DNA of 32,000 nucleotides from an uncultured bacterium (GTDB taxonomy: Bacteria; Margulisbacteria; WOR-1; CAVSGV01). The DNA lies in the NCBI GenBank assembly GCA_963699255.1, contig OY969425.1, forward strand, positions 1,440,001-1,472,000, given 5' to 3'. Position 1 is the first letter of the stretch, and every line of letters starts with the position of its first letter. A program made the translations under genes and the position numbers. The notes beneath the pieces were generated by a model. The model was not told the origin of the DNA and searched no databases. It worked only from the letters and a program-made list of their open reading frames with translations. Of this stretch, positions 16,304 through 24,230 are shown piece after piece.

Positions 16304-16329
16304 AAAATGTGTGGGGTTTGCCGGGATCT

Positions 16330-17271
16330 TTATATCGCTTTTTTACCGCCCAGAAGAAGGAAGAAGATGGCCATCCTTACCGCGACGCCGTTCGTCACCT
16401 GGTCGAGTATCACGTTGAACGGCCCGTCGGCTACTTCGCTGGAAAGCTCCACCCCCCGGTTGATCGGACCCGGATGCATTATAATGACGTCGGATCTGGC
16501 TTTTTTAAGGCGCTGGGCAGTGATGCCGTAAAGCTTTACGTATTCTTCGATCGACGGGAACAGCCCTTTTTGCTGGCGTTCCAGCTGGATCCTCAGGACA
16601 TTTATGAAATCCGCGTCCCTTATTTCCTCATCAAGGTCATAGGATGCCTTGACCCCCATTTTTTCGATCTCCGCAGGCATCAGCGTCGGCGGGGCCACCA
16701 CCGAGACTTTCGCCCCCAGCTTTGTCAGTCCCCATATGTTCGACCTGGCGACCCGGCTGTGCGCTATATCGCCGACGATCACGACTTTCTTCCCTTTAAG
16801 GGGGCCTTTCTTTTCCCGCATGGTGTAAATATCAAGCAGGCCCTGTGAAGGATGCTCGTTAGAGCCGTCGCCCGCGTTTATGATGGAGGCTTTCACGTTG
16901 TCATCCACAAGTGTGGCCGCCCCCGATGCCGAATGCCTGATGACAATGGCGTCAATCCCCATCACTTCGATATTTTTTACCGTATCGATCAGCGTTTCCC
17001 CTTTTACGGCGGAGCTGGAGGACATCGTCATTGACGTCGTGCTGGCGGAAAGCATTTTTGCCGCCATCTCGAAAGAAGTCCTTGTCCTGGTGGAGGGTTC
17101 ATAGAAAAGCAGGGCGATGGATTTTCCGTTAAGCGCAGGGACGCGCGGGATAGGCCTTTTCATGACTTCCGCCATTCCGCTCGCAGTATCCAGTATAAGG
17201 TTTATCTCTTCGGCGGTAAGGTTCTTTAACCCGAGGAGGCTTTTGCGGCTTAAGGTGATGTGTTTTGCCAT
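16330..17271 (-). CDS. pyrB: Aspartate carbamoyltransferase catalytic subunit
   Basis: LFYEPSTRTRTSFEMAAKMLSA, HPSQGLLD, and HPGPINRGVE near the C-terminus. Confidence 0.95.
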   Translation of the reverse strand: MAKHITLSRKSLLGLKNLTAEEINLILDTASGMAEVMKRPIPRVPALNGKSIALLFYEPSTRTRTSFEMAAKMLSASTTSMTMSSSSAVKGETLIDTVKNIEVMGIDAIVIRHSASGAATLVDDNVKASIINAGDGSNEHPSQGLLDIYTMREKKGPLKGKKVVIVGDIAHSRVARSNIWGLTKLGAKVSVVAPPTLMPAEIEKMGVKASYDLDEEIRDADFINVLRIQLERQQKGLFPSIEEYVKLYGITAQRLKKARSDVIIMHPGPINRGVELSSEVADGPFNVILDQVTNGVAVRMAIFFLLLGGKKAI

Positions 17272-17362
17272 AACTAATTCCTTGGCCCCGAAGTTACGCT
17301 TCTCATACTTCAGGTTGCTTTTAAAACTGCGATATTATATCATAACTTTTCGGAGGATTCTC

Positions 17363-18421
17363 TTGGAAGAACAGAACAGCTCAAATATCTTAGGCAGCCT
17401 TCCCGATAGAATCAGGAATATAATATCGAACTCAGTCGCGGCCTTCCTTGTGTTGCTGCTTCTCCTTCTGATATATGTCGGTTACAGGTCAATAGCCGCG
17501 CGCTACGCGGGGGTGAGCGGGAGCTCATATATAATGGGGATCCTTTTTGAGATACGCGTGAACGGGGAGAATACAGGCGGACACGTGAAAGCCACGCTGG
17601 ATAGAGTGAGGGAAATAGCGAACCAGATAAATTATTTCGACGAAAAAAGCGAGGTATCCGCCATCAACAGCATGGCCGGCATATCGGCGGTGGCTGTGAG
17701 CCATGATATATTTGACCTGATAGACAAGGCCCTCAGGTTCTCCCGGCAGACGGGAGGAGCTTTTGACATAACCATAGGGCCGCTTGTCGACATATGGAAC
17801 TTCAACTCGAAGACCCATACGGATATACCCGCCGGCAATGAACTCATTTACGCGCAGCACCTTGTAAATTTCAACAATGTCCAGATAAATCCGTACAATG
17901 AGACGGTGAAGCTTCTTTATCCCGGGATGAAGATCGACCTTGGCGGGGTCGGGAAAGGTTATGCTATCTCAAAAGCCAGGGCAATGCTTGTCGGGAGAGG
18001 CGTTAAAAGCGCGATCATAAACGCGGGATCAAGCATCATGGTGATAGGCGATAACAAGGGAAAACCTTGGAAGATCGGTATAAAGGATCCCAGGCATCCG
18101 GATGAGGTCGTGGGGGTCGTAACGCTCACCGCCGGCCAGGCTTTGTCCACATCCGGAGATTATGAAAGATACTTCGAGCTGGGCGGCAAGAGATACCATC
18201 ATATACTTGATCCGGCCACAGGCATGCCCGCGGATCAGTGCAGGTCCGTGACCATCATCTCTGATGACGCGACGCAGGCTGACATGCTTTCCACGGCCGT
18301 TTTTGTCATGGGGCCAAAGCGAGGCATCGCCTTCGTGAACTCGCTAAAGAACGTTTATGCCGTCATAATCGATAAGGACGGCAACCTGATAACATCTCCG
18401 GGCCTCACACTGGAGAAATGA
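17363..18421 (+). CDS. apbE: FAD:protein FMN transferase (ApbE family), membrane-anchored
   Basis: Start reassigned to the TTG at 17363, 5 nt after GGAGGA, because the track ORF start (17117) overlaps pyrB. SEVSAINS, GGAFDITIGPLVDIW, DLGGVGKGYA, HHILDPATG. Confidence 0.85.
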   Translation: MEEQNSSNILGSLPDRIRNIISNSVAAFLVLLLLLLIYVGYRSIAARYAGVSGSSYIMGILFEIRVNGENTGGHVKATLDRVREIANQINYFDEKSEVSAINSMAGISAVAVSHDIFDLIDKALRFSRQTGGAFDITIGPLVDIWNFNSKTHTDIPAGNELIYAQHLVNFNNVQINPYNETVKLLYPGMKIDLGGVGKGYAISKARAMLVGRGVKSAIINAGSSIMVIGDNKGKPWKIGIKDPRHPDEVVGVVTLTAGQALSTSGDYERYFELGGKRYHHILDPATGMPADQCRSVTIISDDATQADMLSTAVFVMGPKRGIAFVNSLKNVYAVIIDKDGNLITSPGLTLEK

Positions 18422-19701
18422 CAATGATAATCCTTGCCCTGAACTGTGGGAGTTCCTCCGTAAAATACCAGCTCTATGACTGGGACAAGCGCGAGATCAT
18501 GACCAGAGGGAATGTTGAGCGCATAGGCCTTGATAATTCTTTCATCACTCACGAGGAGCCGGGAAAAGATATTTACAAGGCCGAGTATAACTGCCCCACC
18601 CACGAAGAGGCCATCAAGCTCATCATTAACACTCTGGCTGACAAAGAGGTCGGGGTCGTCAAGGATATCTCGGCGATATCCGCAGTGGGCCACAGGGTCG
18701 TCCACGGTGGCGAGAGGTTTTCAAGGTCTGTCCTGATAAGCGACGAAGTGATCGCCGCGATCAAGGAATTCGCGGACCTGGCGCCGCTTCATAATCCGCA
18801 CAATATCGCCGGCATAGAAGCCGCAAAGTCGATACTTCCTGGAGTACCGCAGATAGCGGTGTTCGATACCGCTTTTCACCAGACGATGCCTCCTTATGCC
18901 TATATATATCCCCTGCCTTATGAGTGGTATAAAATGTACGGGGTGAGGCGTTACGGCTTTCACGGGACGAGCCATCTTTATGTTTCCCGAAGGGCGGCGG
19001 CGATGCTCGGGAAGAGACCGGAAGAGGTCAATGTCATTACCATGCACGTCGGCAACGGGGTCAGCATCGCAGCGGTCAAGAAAGGCATATCGGTGGATAC
19101 CAGCATGGGGCTTACACCGCTTGAGGGCGCCGTCATGGGAACAAGGTGCGGAGACATAGACCCGGCCATAATCCTGTTCATGATCGAGAAGGAAGGGTTT
19201 TACGCTCATCAGCTTGACATGATCCTTAACAAGAAAAGCGGCCTTCTCGGTATCACCGGCAAATATTTTGACAGAAGGGATGTCGATCGTTCTGCCGAGG
19301 CAGGGGATGAGAGAGCGAAACTCGCCCAGGAAATAGAAGCGTACAGGTTAAAAAAGTACATCGGGGCTTATGCCGCCGCGATGGAAGGACTTGACGCGAT
19401 AGTCTTCACGGCGGGAGCCGGAGAGCTGAACCACATGCTGAGGGAGAGGGTCATAAGCGGGCTTGAATTCATGGGGGTTGAGCTTGACAGGGACAAAAAT
19501 AAGGAAGGCAGCAGCAGGGAAAAAGAAACGATCATTTCGTCCGACCATTCAAAAGTTAAGGTCATGGTGATACCCACCGATGAAGAACTGGTATTTGTTG
19601 AGGATGTTGCAGCCACGCTTGAAAACCGATACGATATTCATACGAAATTTACTTACTCTTTTCAGGACCCGAAGTTCAGGAGAAAAATAGTCCATAAATA
19701 A
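18418..19701 (+). CDS. ackA: Acetate kinase
   Basis: ILALNCGSSSVKYQLYD, GHRVVHGG, PLHNPHN, FDTAFHQTMP, RRYGFHGTSH, and IPTDEE near the C-terminus. Confidence 0.95.
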   Translation: MTMIILALNCGSSSVKYQLYDWDKREIMTRGNVERIGLDNSFITHEEPGKDIYKAEYNCPTHEEAIKLIINTLADKEVGVVKDISAISAVGHRVVHGGERFSRSVLISDEVIAAIKEFADLAPLHNPHNIAGIEAAKSILPGVPQIAVFDTAFHQTMPPYAYIYPLPYEWYKMYGVRRYGFHGTSHLYVSRRAAAMLGKRPEEVNVITMHVGNGVSIAAVKKGISVDTSMGLTPLEGAVMGTRCGDIDPAIILFMIEKEGFYAHQLDMILNKKSGLLGITGKYFDRRDVDRSAEAGDERAKLAQEIEAYRLKKYIGAYAAAMEGLDAIVFTAGAGELNHMLRERVISGLEFMGVELDRDKNKEGSSREKETIISSDHSKVKVMVIPTDEELVFVEDVAATLENRYDIHTKFTYSFQDPKFRRKIVHK

Positions 19702-19710
19702 GAAATTGAA

Positions 19711-19740
19711 CAATTAACAATGACACAATGAACAACAAGG
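19711..19740. repeat. AATTAACAATGACACAATGAACAA intergenic repeat, copy D
   Basis: caattaacaatgacacaatgaacaacaagg. The 20-mer aacaatgacacaatgaacaa (19716-19735) is identical to 30830-30849. Confidence 0.75.
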
Positions 19741-19826
19741 TGTCGCCGAAGGCGACTTAATGATTTAGTGAAATTTATTCGTTGTTGTTAATTGAGAAAT
19801 TGTTAATTTAATTCCGGAGGAATTCT

Positions 19827-21092
19827 TTGAGCACTATCTGCATTTTCGAAGACGAAGGTTATAAAACGCTACTGCCGCTGACGTGGTTCCGTCCCGCGAT
19901 GGACCTGCGCTGCGGCATGAATACCCTGTTCGAAAAAATAAAACGATGCTACCCCAGAACGGATATCCACATCCTTTGCAGGGATCATCTTTCTTCATCC
20001 GTGAAAAAAAATCATCCGGGCGCGCTTGTTGGTAAGCTCGGAAAGGAGCCTTCGGTCATGTTCATGAACGGAAGGCTTTTGTGCGACCCGGAGACAGCAA
20101 AAAGGATCCCTCTATCCGGGGGTGATGAGATATTCGAGTGCGACGGGACGATCGTTGCCGCGAGGCTTTCCAAAAGCAACCTGGAACTTATTGCCGGCAG
20201 CGCTTTTACTCCCGATATAAAACATTATTTTTCTCCCGTTTACAAAACGGCTAAGATCACCAGGATATCCGTTAAACTGGTCAACTATTTTTTTGACCTG
20301 ATCGCGCACAATAAAGAAGAGATAATATCGGATTTTTCTTTGATCACAAGAGGAGGAATTACAAGAGGCAGGGTACATCAGACCATCGCTTTTTATCAGC
20401 GCAGCGGAATATTCATTGATGACGGCGCGGACATCGAAGCTTTTTGCGTTCTTGACGCGAGGAACGGCCCTATTTATGTCGATAAGAACGCCAGGATCCA
20501 GCCGTATTCACGACTTGAAGGCCCCTGCTTCATAGGCGAAAGATCCGTCGTTATGGCGGGCGCCAACATAAGGAGCGGCACGAGCGTGGGCCCCGGATGC
20601 AGGATAGGCGGAGAGGTGGAAGGGACCATTTTTCAGGGAGCTTCCAATAAGCAGCATTACGGATTTCTGGGCCACAGCTATGTCGGGGAGTGGGTGAACA
20701 TGGGCGCCGGCGTCACGAATTCCGACCTCAAGAACAATTACGGCAACGTGAAGATCCACTACATTAAGGAAGATGTCGATTCGGGGACCATGTTCCTCGG
20801 CTGCTCGATAGCCGACCACACGAAGATCGGCATAGGCGCGCTTATCGCCACGGGCGCCGTGATAGGAGCCGCGTCGAACATATACGGGGGCGGGATCACC
20901 CAGAAATTCATCCCGTCGTTCTCGTGGGGTGACGCGAACAACCTGGTAATTCACGATCCCGAAAAGGCCATAAAGACGGCGCAGACAGTGATGTCAAGAC
21001 GGGACAAGGAGATGAGCCAGGATGACATCGACCTTTTCAGGAAGGTCTTTGAATTGACCGAAGAAGAGAGAGCGGATTCCGGGGTCGTCTGA
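19827..21092 (+). CDS. GlmU-like putative sugar nucleotidyltransferase/acyltransferase with a left-handed beta-helix C-half
   Basis: TTG start after GGAGGA. The N-terminus is ICIFEDEGYKTLLPLTWFRPAMDLRCGMNTLFEK, with no GxGTR motif. The C-half has hexapeptide repeats (GANIRSGTSVGPGCRIGGEVEG..., IGIGALIATGAVIGAASNI). Confidence 0.65.
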   Translation: MSTICIFEDEGYKTLLPLTWFRPAMDLRCGMNTLFEKIKRCYPRTDIHILCRDHLSSSVKKNHPGALVGKLGKEPSVMFMNGRLLCDPETAKRIPLSGGDEIFECDGTIVAARLSKSNLELIAGSAFTPDIKHYFSPVYKTAKITRISVKLVNYFFDLIAHNKEEIISDFSLITRGGITRGRVHQTIAFYQRSGIFIDDGADIEAFCVLDARNGPIYVDKNARIQPYSRLEGPCFIGERSVVMAGANIRSGTSVGPGCRIGGEVEGTIFQGASNKQHYGFLGHSYVGEWVNMGAGVTNSDLKNNYGNVKIHYIKEDVDSGTMFLGCSIADHTKIGIGALIATGAVIGAASNIYGGGITQKFIPSFSWGDANNLVIHDPEKAIKTAQTVMSRRDKEMSQDDIDLFRKVFELTEEERADSGVV

Positions 21093-21123
21093 ACGCCGAT
21101 CTGAAGCGATGGAGTTGAGTAAT

Positions 21124-21208
21124 AATTAACAATGACCAATTCCAAATGACAAATTAATGTCCAATTAACAATTTCCAATTTGTCATTTGACATTGTCAAT
21201 TGGACATT
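21124..21208. repeat. AATTAACAA / CAATT-rich repeat block with interleaved inverted repeats, immediately upstream of tRNA-Gln
   Basis: aattaacaatgac at 21124-21136. A = caaatgacaaatt (21143-21155) pairs with A' = aatttgtcatttg (21177-21189). B = aatgtccaattaacaa (21156-21171) pairs with B' = ttgtcaattggacatt (21193-21208) with 1 mismatch. Confidence 0.7.
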
Positions 21209-21219
21209 GCGCGAGGCAT

Positions 21220-21290
21220 TGCCTGGTCGTCTAACGGTAGGACACCGCCCTTTGGAGGCGAGAATCGGGGTTCAAATCCCTGCCGGGCAG
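21220..21290 (+). tRNA. tRNA-Gln (anticodon UUG), no encoded CCA
   Basis: Hand-folded cloverleaf. Acceptor TGCCTGG/CCGGGCA (U1:A72, G73 discriminator, typical of bacterial tRNA-Gln). D arm GTC-TAACGGTAG-GAC. Anticodon arm CCGCC-CTTTGGA-GGCGA. T arm CGGGG-TTCAAAT-CCCTG. Confidence 0.85.
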
Positions 21291-21319
21291 ATAATTCTAA
21301 AGTGTTGCCCTTTTGCGCC

Positions 21320-21336
21320 CCCGCCAGAGGCGGGCA
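21320..21336. repeat. GC hairpin 17-mer cccgccagaggcgggca (copy 2)
   Basis: Identical to 3132-3148. It is flanked by outer pairing gcgcc (21315-21319) / ggcgc (21342-21346). Confidence 0.6.
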
Positions 21337-21364
21337 AGAGAGGCGCACCCCGACTTTAGTCGGG

Positions 21365-21401
21365 GGAGGCGAGAATCGGGGTTCAAGGCCCTGTCCCCCA
21401 G
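21365..21401 (+). repeat. Partial, diverged duplicate of the 3' half of tRNA-Gln
   Basis: ggaggcgagaatcggggttcaaggccctgtcccccag versus tRNA positions 21254-21290 ggaggcgagaatcggggttcaaatccctgccgggcag. That is 31 of 37 identical, with the first 22 nt exact. Confidence 0.75.
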
Positions 21402-21516
21402 ATCTTCCGAAGGACGCTCTGATTTCACACGCAGCTATAGGCTTTTGCTTTGCAAATCGGGACAGGGAACAAATCCATACCGGGTAAGTGTATCATCTGA
21501 TCGAGAGAGGTTTACA

Positions 21517-22392
21517 ATGCAAAGGAAAATTCTTCAAATAATGATCGCGATCGTTTTCGCGATCTCACTTCAATGCATCTGTTATGCAAAACAGGGCACC
21601 GAATTAAAAATATTCACGAAGATCAAGGAAACAATAAAGATATATGTTGACGGTCAATTTGAGGGGTTAAATGTCATTCAGGTAAAGGACATAGATCCGG
21701 GCAACCATTTCGTCCGGGCAACAGAAAATGATATCGTTATTTACGACAAAACCGTTGATGTTCCGGAAGGACAGGTCACGACGATACTTATCGAAGGACA
21801 AGAACAAACCGGGGGCGTGACATCAGCAAATCTATATGAGCATCAACTGGAATATAACAACAACAGACTGGATATTATCGTACGGTCTTCACTTGTCGGA
21901 CAAACATACACATATGATGTAAGGTCGGGTTGGCGCAGATACGGCTATGGCGAACTAAATACTATAAGTACCGTGAGAGAGGTGTCCGATTGGGAGATAG
22001 TTAAGGGGGGGCTGGAAAGGGTCTCAGATGTCGATTTTCTTAAACTGGTCGGCGACCAGGACACGCTTAAAACGGTGCAGGATAAAAAAAGCATGGAAAC
22101 GACCTGGTTTGGAATAGATGCCGCATTGGCTGTTATTGGTATTGGCATAGCAGTATCTGAAGATTCAGATCCAAGTGGCGGACAGAGATATGGAGTGCCG
22201 CAATATGACCAGGGGCGGTTGGTGGGAGGCGCGCTTGCGGGTTATGTATTTGGTTCCTTTGCTAAACACTTTTATGACCTCAATAACAGCTATCATATTT
22301 CGCCGACATACGCTGTGGAAAAAGCGTATAAATACAACTTAAAGCTGAAAGAATCTCTCGGATTGCCCGCGGACTATGAACCGCAACAGTGA
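21517..22392 (+). CDS. Secreted or membrane PEGA-domain protein
   Basis: Start reassigned to the ATG at 21517 (GAGAGAGG upstream). The track ORF start (21313) runs through the tRNA-flanking structures. Signal-like MQRKILQIMIAIVFAISLQCICYA. PEGA-like IKIYVDGQFEG...GNHFVRAT...VDVPEGQVTTILI. A later TM segment reads WFGIDAALAVIGIGIAV. Confidence 0.6.
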   Translation: MQRKILQIMIAIVFAISLQCICYAKQGTELKIFTKIKETIKIYVDGQFEGLNVIQVKDIDPGNHFVRATENDIVIYDKTVDVPEGQVTTILIEGQEQTGGVTSANLYEHQLEYNNNRLDIIVRSSLVGQTYTYDVRSGWRRYGYGELNTISTVREVSDWEIVKGGLERVSDVDFLKLVGDQDTLKTVQDKKSMETTWFGIDAALAVIGIGIAVSEDSDPSGGQRYGVPQYDQGRLVGGALAGYVFGSFAKHFYDLNNSYHISPTYAVEKAYKYNLKLKESLGLPADYEPQQ

Positions 22393-22410
22393 GCGTGATA
22401 AGGGGATCCA

Positions 22411-23559
22411 ATGAAATATAGAAAATTCGGGAAACTTGGTTTTGATGTTTCTGCGCTCGGAATGGGCTGCATGCGCTTGCCTGCCACAGATGGTATTGGG
22501 TATAGCCCGAATGTGATAGAGGACGAATCGATACAACTGATCCGCCATGCTATTGATAAAGGGGTTAATTATATTGATACGGGATATCCATATCACGGAG
22601 GCAATAGCGAGAGAGTTCTCGGAAAAGCCCTAAAGGACGGACACAGGCAAAAGGTAAAGGTCGCGACAAAATCCCCGATCGTGATGGTCAGAAAGCCCGA
22701 AGATTTCGACAACTTCCTCAGCGAACAGTTAAAAAGGCTGCAGCTGGACCATATCGACTTCTATCTTCTTCACGGTATCGGCAGGAAAAGCTGGAAAATG
22801 ATAAAAGAGATGGGAATTATCAGTAAAGCCGAATCCGCGATAAGGGATGGCAGGATCGGGCATCTCGGGTTTTCTTTCCATGACGATCACGATGCTTTTG
22901 TGGAAATAATCGACGGTTACGATAAGTGGGAGTTCTGCCAGATACAGTATAATTACATGGACACCGAGCATCAGGCCGGAACAAAAGGGGTCAGGTACGC
23001 CGCATCCAAAGGCATTCCCGTGATCGTAATGGAGCCGCTGCTCGGCGGCAGGCTTTCGAACCCGCCGGCGGAAATGCGGGAAATATTCGACGGATACGGT
23101 ACAAAGCGCTCGCCGGCGCAGTGGGCGCTGCAGTGGGTTTGGGACCAGCCTGGGGTCAGTTTTTTGCTCAGCGGCATGAGCAACATGGAACAGCTTGAAG
23201 AGAACCTGAGAGCTGCCGATACTCTGAGCACAGAGCCGCTTTCAACCGAAGATCAGGAACTCATAAGCCGCGTTCGCGCCGAATTCCTTAAGCGGGTCGC
23301 GGTTCCCTGCACGAAATGCGGCTATTGCATGCCGTGCCCGCAGGGAGTCAATATTCCCGGGGTTTTTGAACTGTATAATAACGGAGTAATGTACGACAAT
23401 ATGATACCCTCACGCTTCAGCTACGGAAGGTTCTTCCAGGAAGCAGAACGCGCGAGCGCCTGCATACAATGCGGCGAATGCGAACCAAAATGCCCCCAGG
23501 GGATAGAGATCAGCGAGCTTATGCCTGTTATTCACGAAAAACTGGGATCATCCAAATGA
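22411..23559 (+). CDS. Aldo/keto reductase with a C-terminal 4Fe-4S ferredoxin-type domain
   Basis: MKYRKFGKLGFDVSALGMGCMRLP, INYIDTGYPYHGG, DFYLLHGI. Cys motifs CTKCGYCMPCP and CIQCGECEPKCP. Confidence 0.85.
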   Translation: MKYRKFGKLGFDVSALGMGCMRLPATDGIGYSPNVIEDESIQLIRHAIDKGVNYIDTGYPYHGGNSERVLGKALKDGHRQKVKVATKSPIVMVRKPEDFDNFLSEQLKRLQLDHIDFYLLHGIGRKSWKMIKEMGIISKAESAIRDGRIGHLGFSFHDDHDAFVEIIDGYDKWEFCQIQYNYMDTEHQAGTKGVRYAASKGIPVIVMEPLLGGRLSNPPAEMREIFDGYGTKRSPAQWALQWVWDQPGVSFLLSGMSNMEQLEENLRAADTLSTEPLSTEDQELISRVRAEFLKRVAVPCTKCGYCMPCPQGVNIPGVFELYNNGVMYDNMIPSRFSYGRFFQEAERASACIQCGECEPKCPQGIEISELMPVIHEKLGSSK

Positions 23560-24197
23560 AGATCATCGCGTTCAACGGCAGCCCGAGAAAAGAATGGAAC
23601 ACCGCAACGCTCCTCAAAAAAGCCCTTGAGGGCGCGGCATCGCAGGGAGCCGAAACAAAGCTGATCCATTTGTACGATCTGAACTATAAAGGATGCAACA
23701 GCTGCTTTGCCTGTAAAGAAAAGGGAGGCAAGAACTACGGCAGATGCACGGTGCGAGACGCTCTTAAGCCGATCTTTAAGGAGATCGAAGAGGCCGACGC
23801 TGTTATATTCGGGTCACCGATCTATCTGGGGAACATTACCGGAGAGATGCAGTCGTTCCTGGAGAGATTGATATTTCCCTATCTCACCTATACCGATCCT
23901 CCGGCGTCCCTCTTCCCGAAAAAGATACATACGGGATTTGTGTATACAATGGGGATCCCAGAGGAAATGATAAATGAAGCGGGATACAAACAGCGTTTCG
24001 CGGCTACCGAGCGGACCCTTGCAAGGATCTTCGGTTCAAGTGAGACGCTTTTGTGTTTCGATACATATCAGTTCAAGGATTATTCCAAGGTGGTCGCGAC
24101 CAGGTTCAACCCCGAGGAAAAACTGAAAAGACGCCAACAGGTATTCCCCGTGGATTGCCATAAGGCCTTTGAAATGGGAGCCAGATTTGTCCGGTAA
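23556..24197 (+). CDS. Flavodoxin-like NAD(P)H-dependent FMN reductase / iron-sulfur flavoprotein family protein
   Basis: Start at the ATG at 23556 (ATGA overlap with the upstream stop). MKIIAFNGSPRKEWNTATLL, CNSCFACK...GRC, AVIFGSPIYLGNITGEMQSFLERL. Confidence 0.8.
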   Translation: MKIIAFNGSPRKEWNTATLLKKALEGAASQGAETKLIHLYDLNYKGCNSCFACKEKGGKNYGRCTVRDALKPIFKEIEEADAVIFGSPIYLGNITGEMQSFLERLIFPYLTYTDPPASLFPKKIHTGFVYTMGIPEEMINEAGYKQRFAATERTLARIFGSSETLLCFDTYQFKDYSKVVATRFNPEEKLKRRQQVFPVDCHKAFEMGARFVR

Positions 24198-24230
24198 GAG
24201 ACTGCCGATCGCCCCGTTTGCAGGAAGGAT

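Noticed and set aside
17117-17362. N-terminal 82 codons of track ORF 17117-18421
   Set aside because: This part overlaps the pyrB 5' end on the opposite strand and the intergenic promoter region. The TTG at 17363 with GGAGGA upstream gives a normal ApbE with an N-terminal anchor.
21348-21401. A second functional tRNA next to tRNA-Gln
   Set aside because: There is no D arm. The would-be anticodon hairpin has a 4-nt loop that cannot open to a 7-nt loop. The T loop is TTCAAGG. The matching 5' acceptor strand is missing at the proper distance. I treat it as a partial duplicate or pseudo-element.
21200-21516. Track ORF 21200-21487 (+) and the first 68 codons of ORF 21313-22392
   Set aside because: They read through tRNA-Gln, its partial duplicate and GC hairpins, giving an Arg/Gly-rich translation. 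The real gene starts at 21517 with an RBS and a signal peptide.
23469-23555. Upstream extension of the flavoprotein ORF
   Set aside because: It overlaps the 3' end of the aldo/keto reductase in another frame. The ATG at 23556 gives the canonical MKIIAFNGSPR flavodoxin-fold start with an ATGA overlap.
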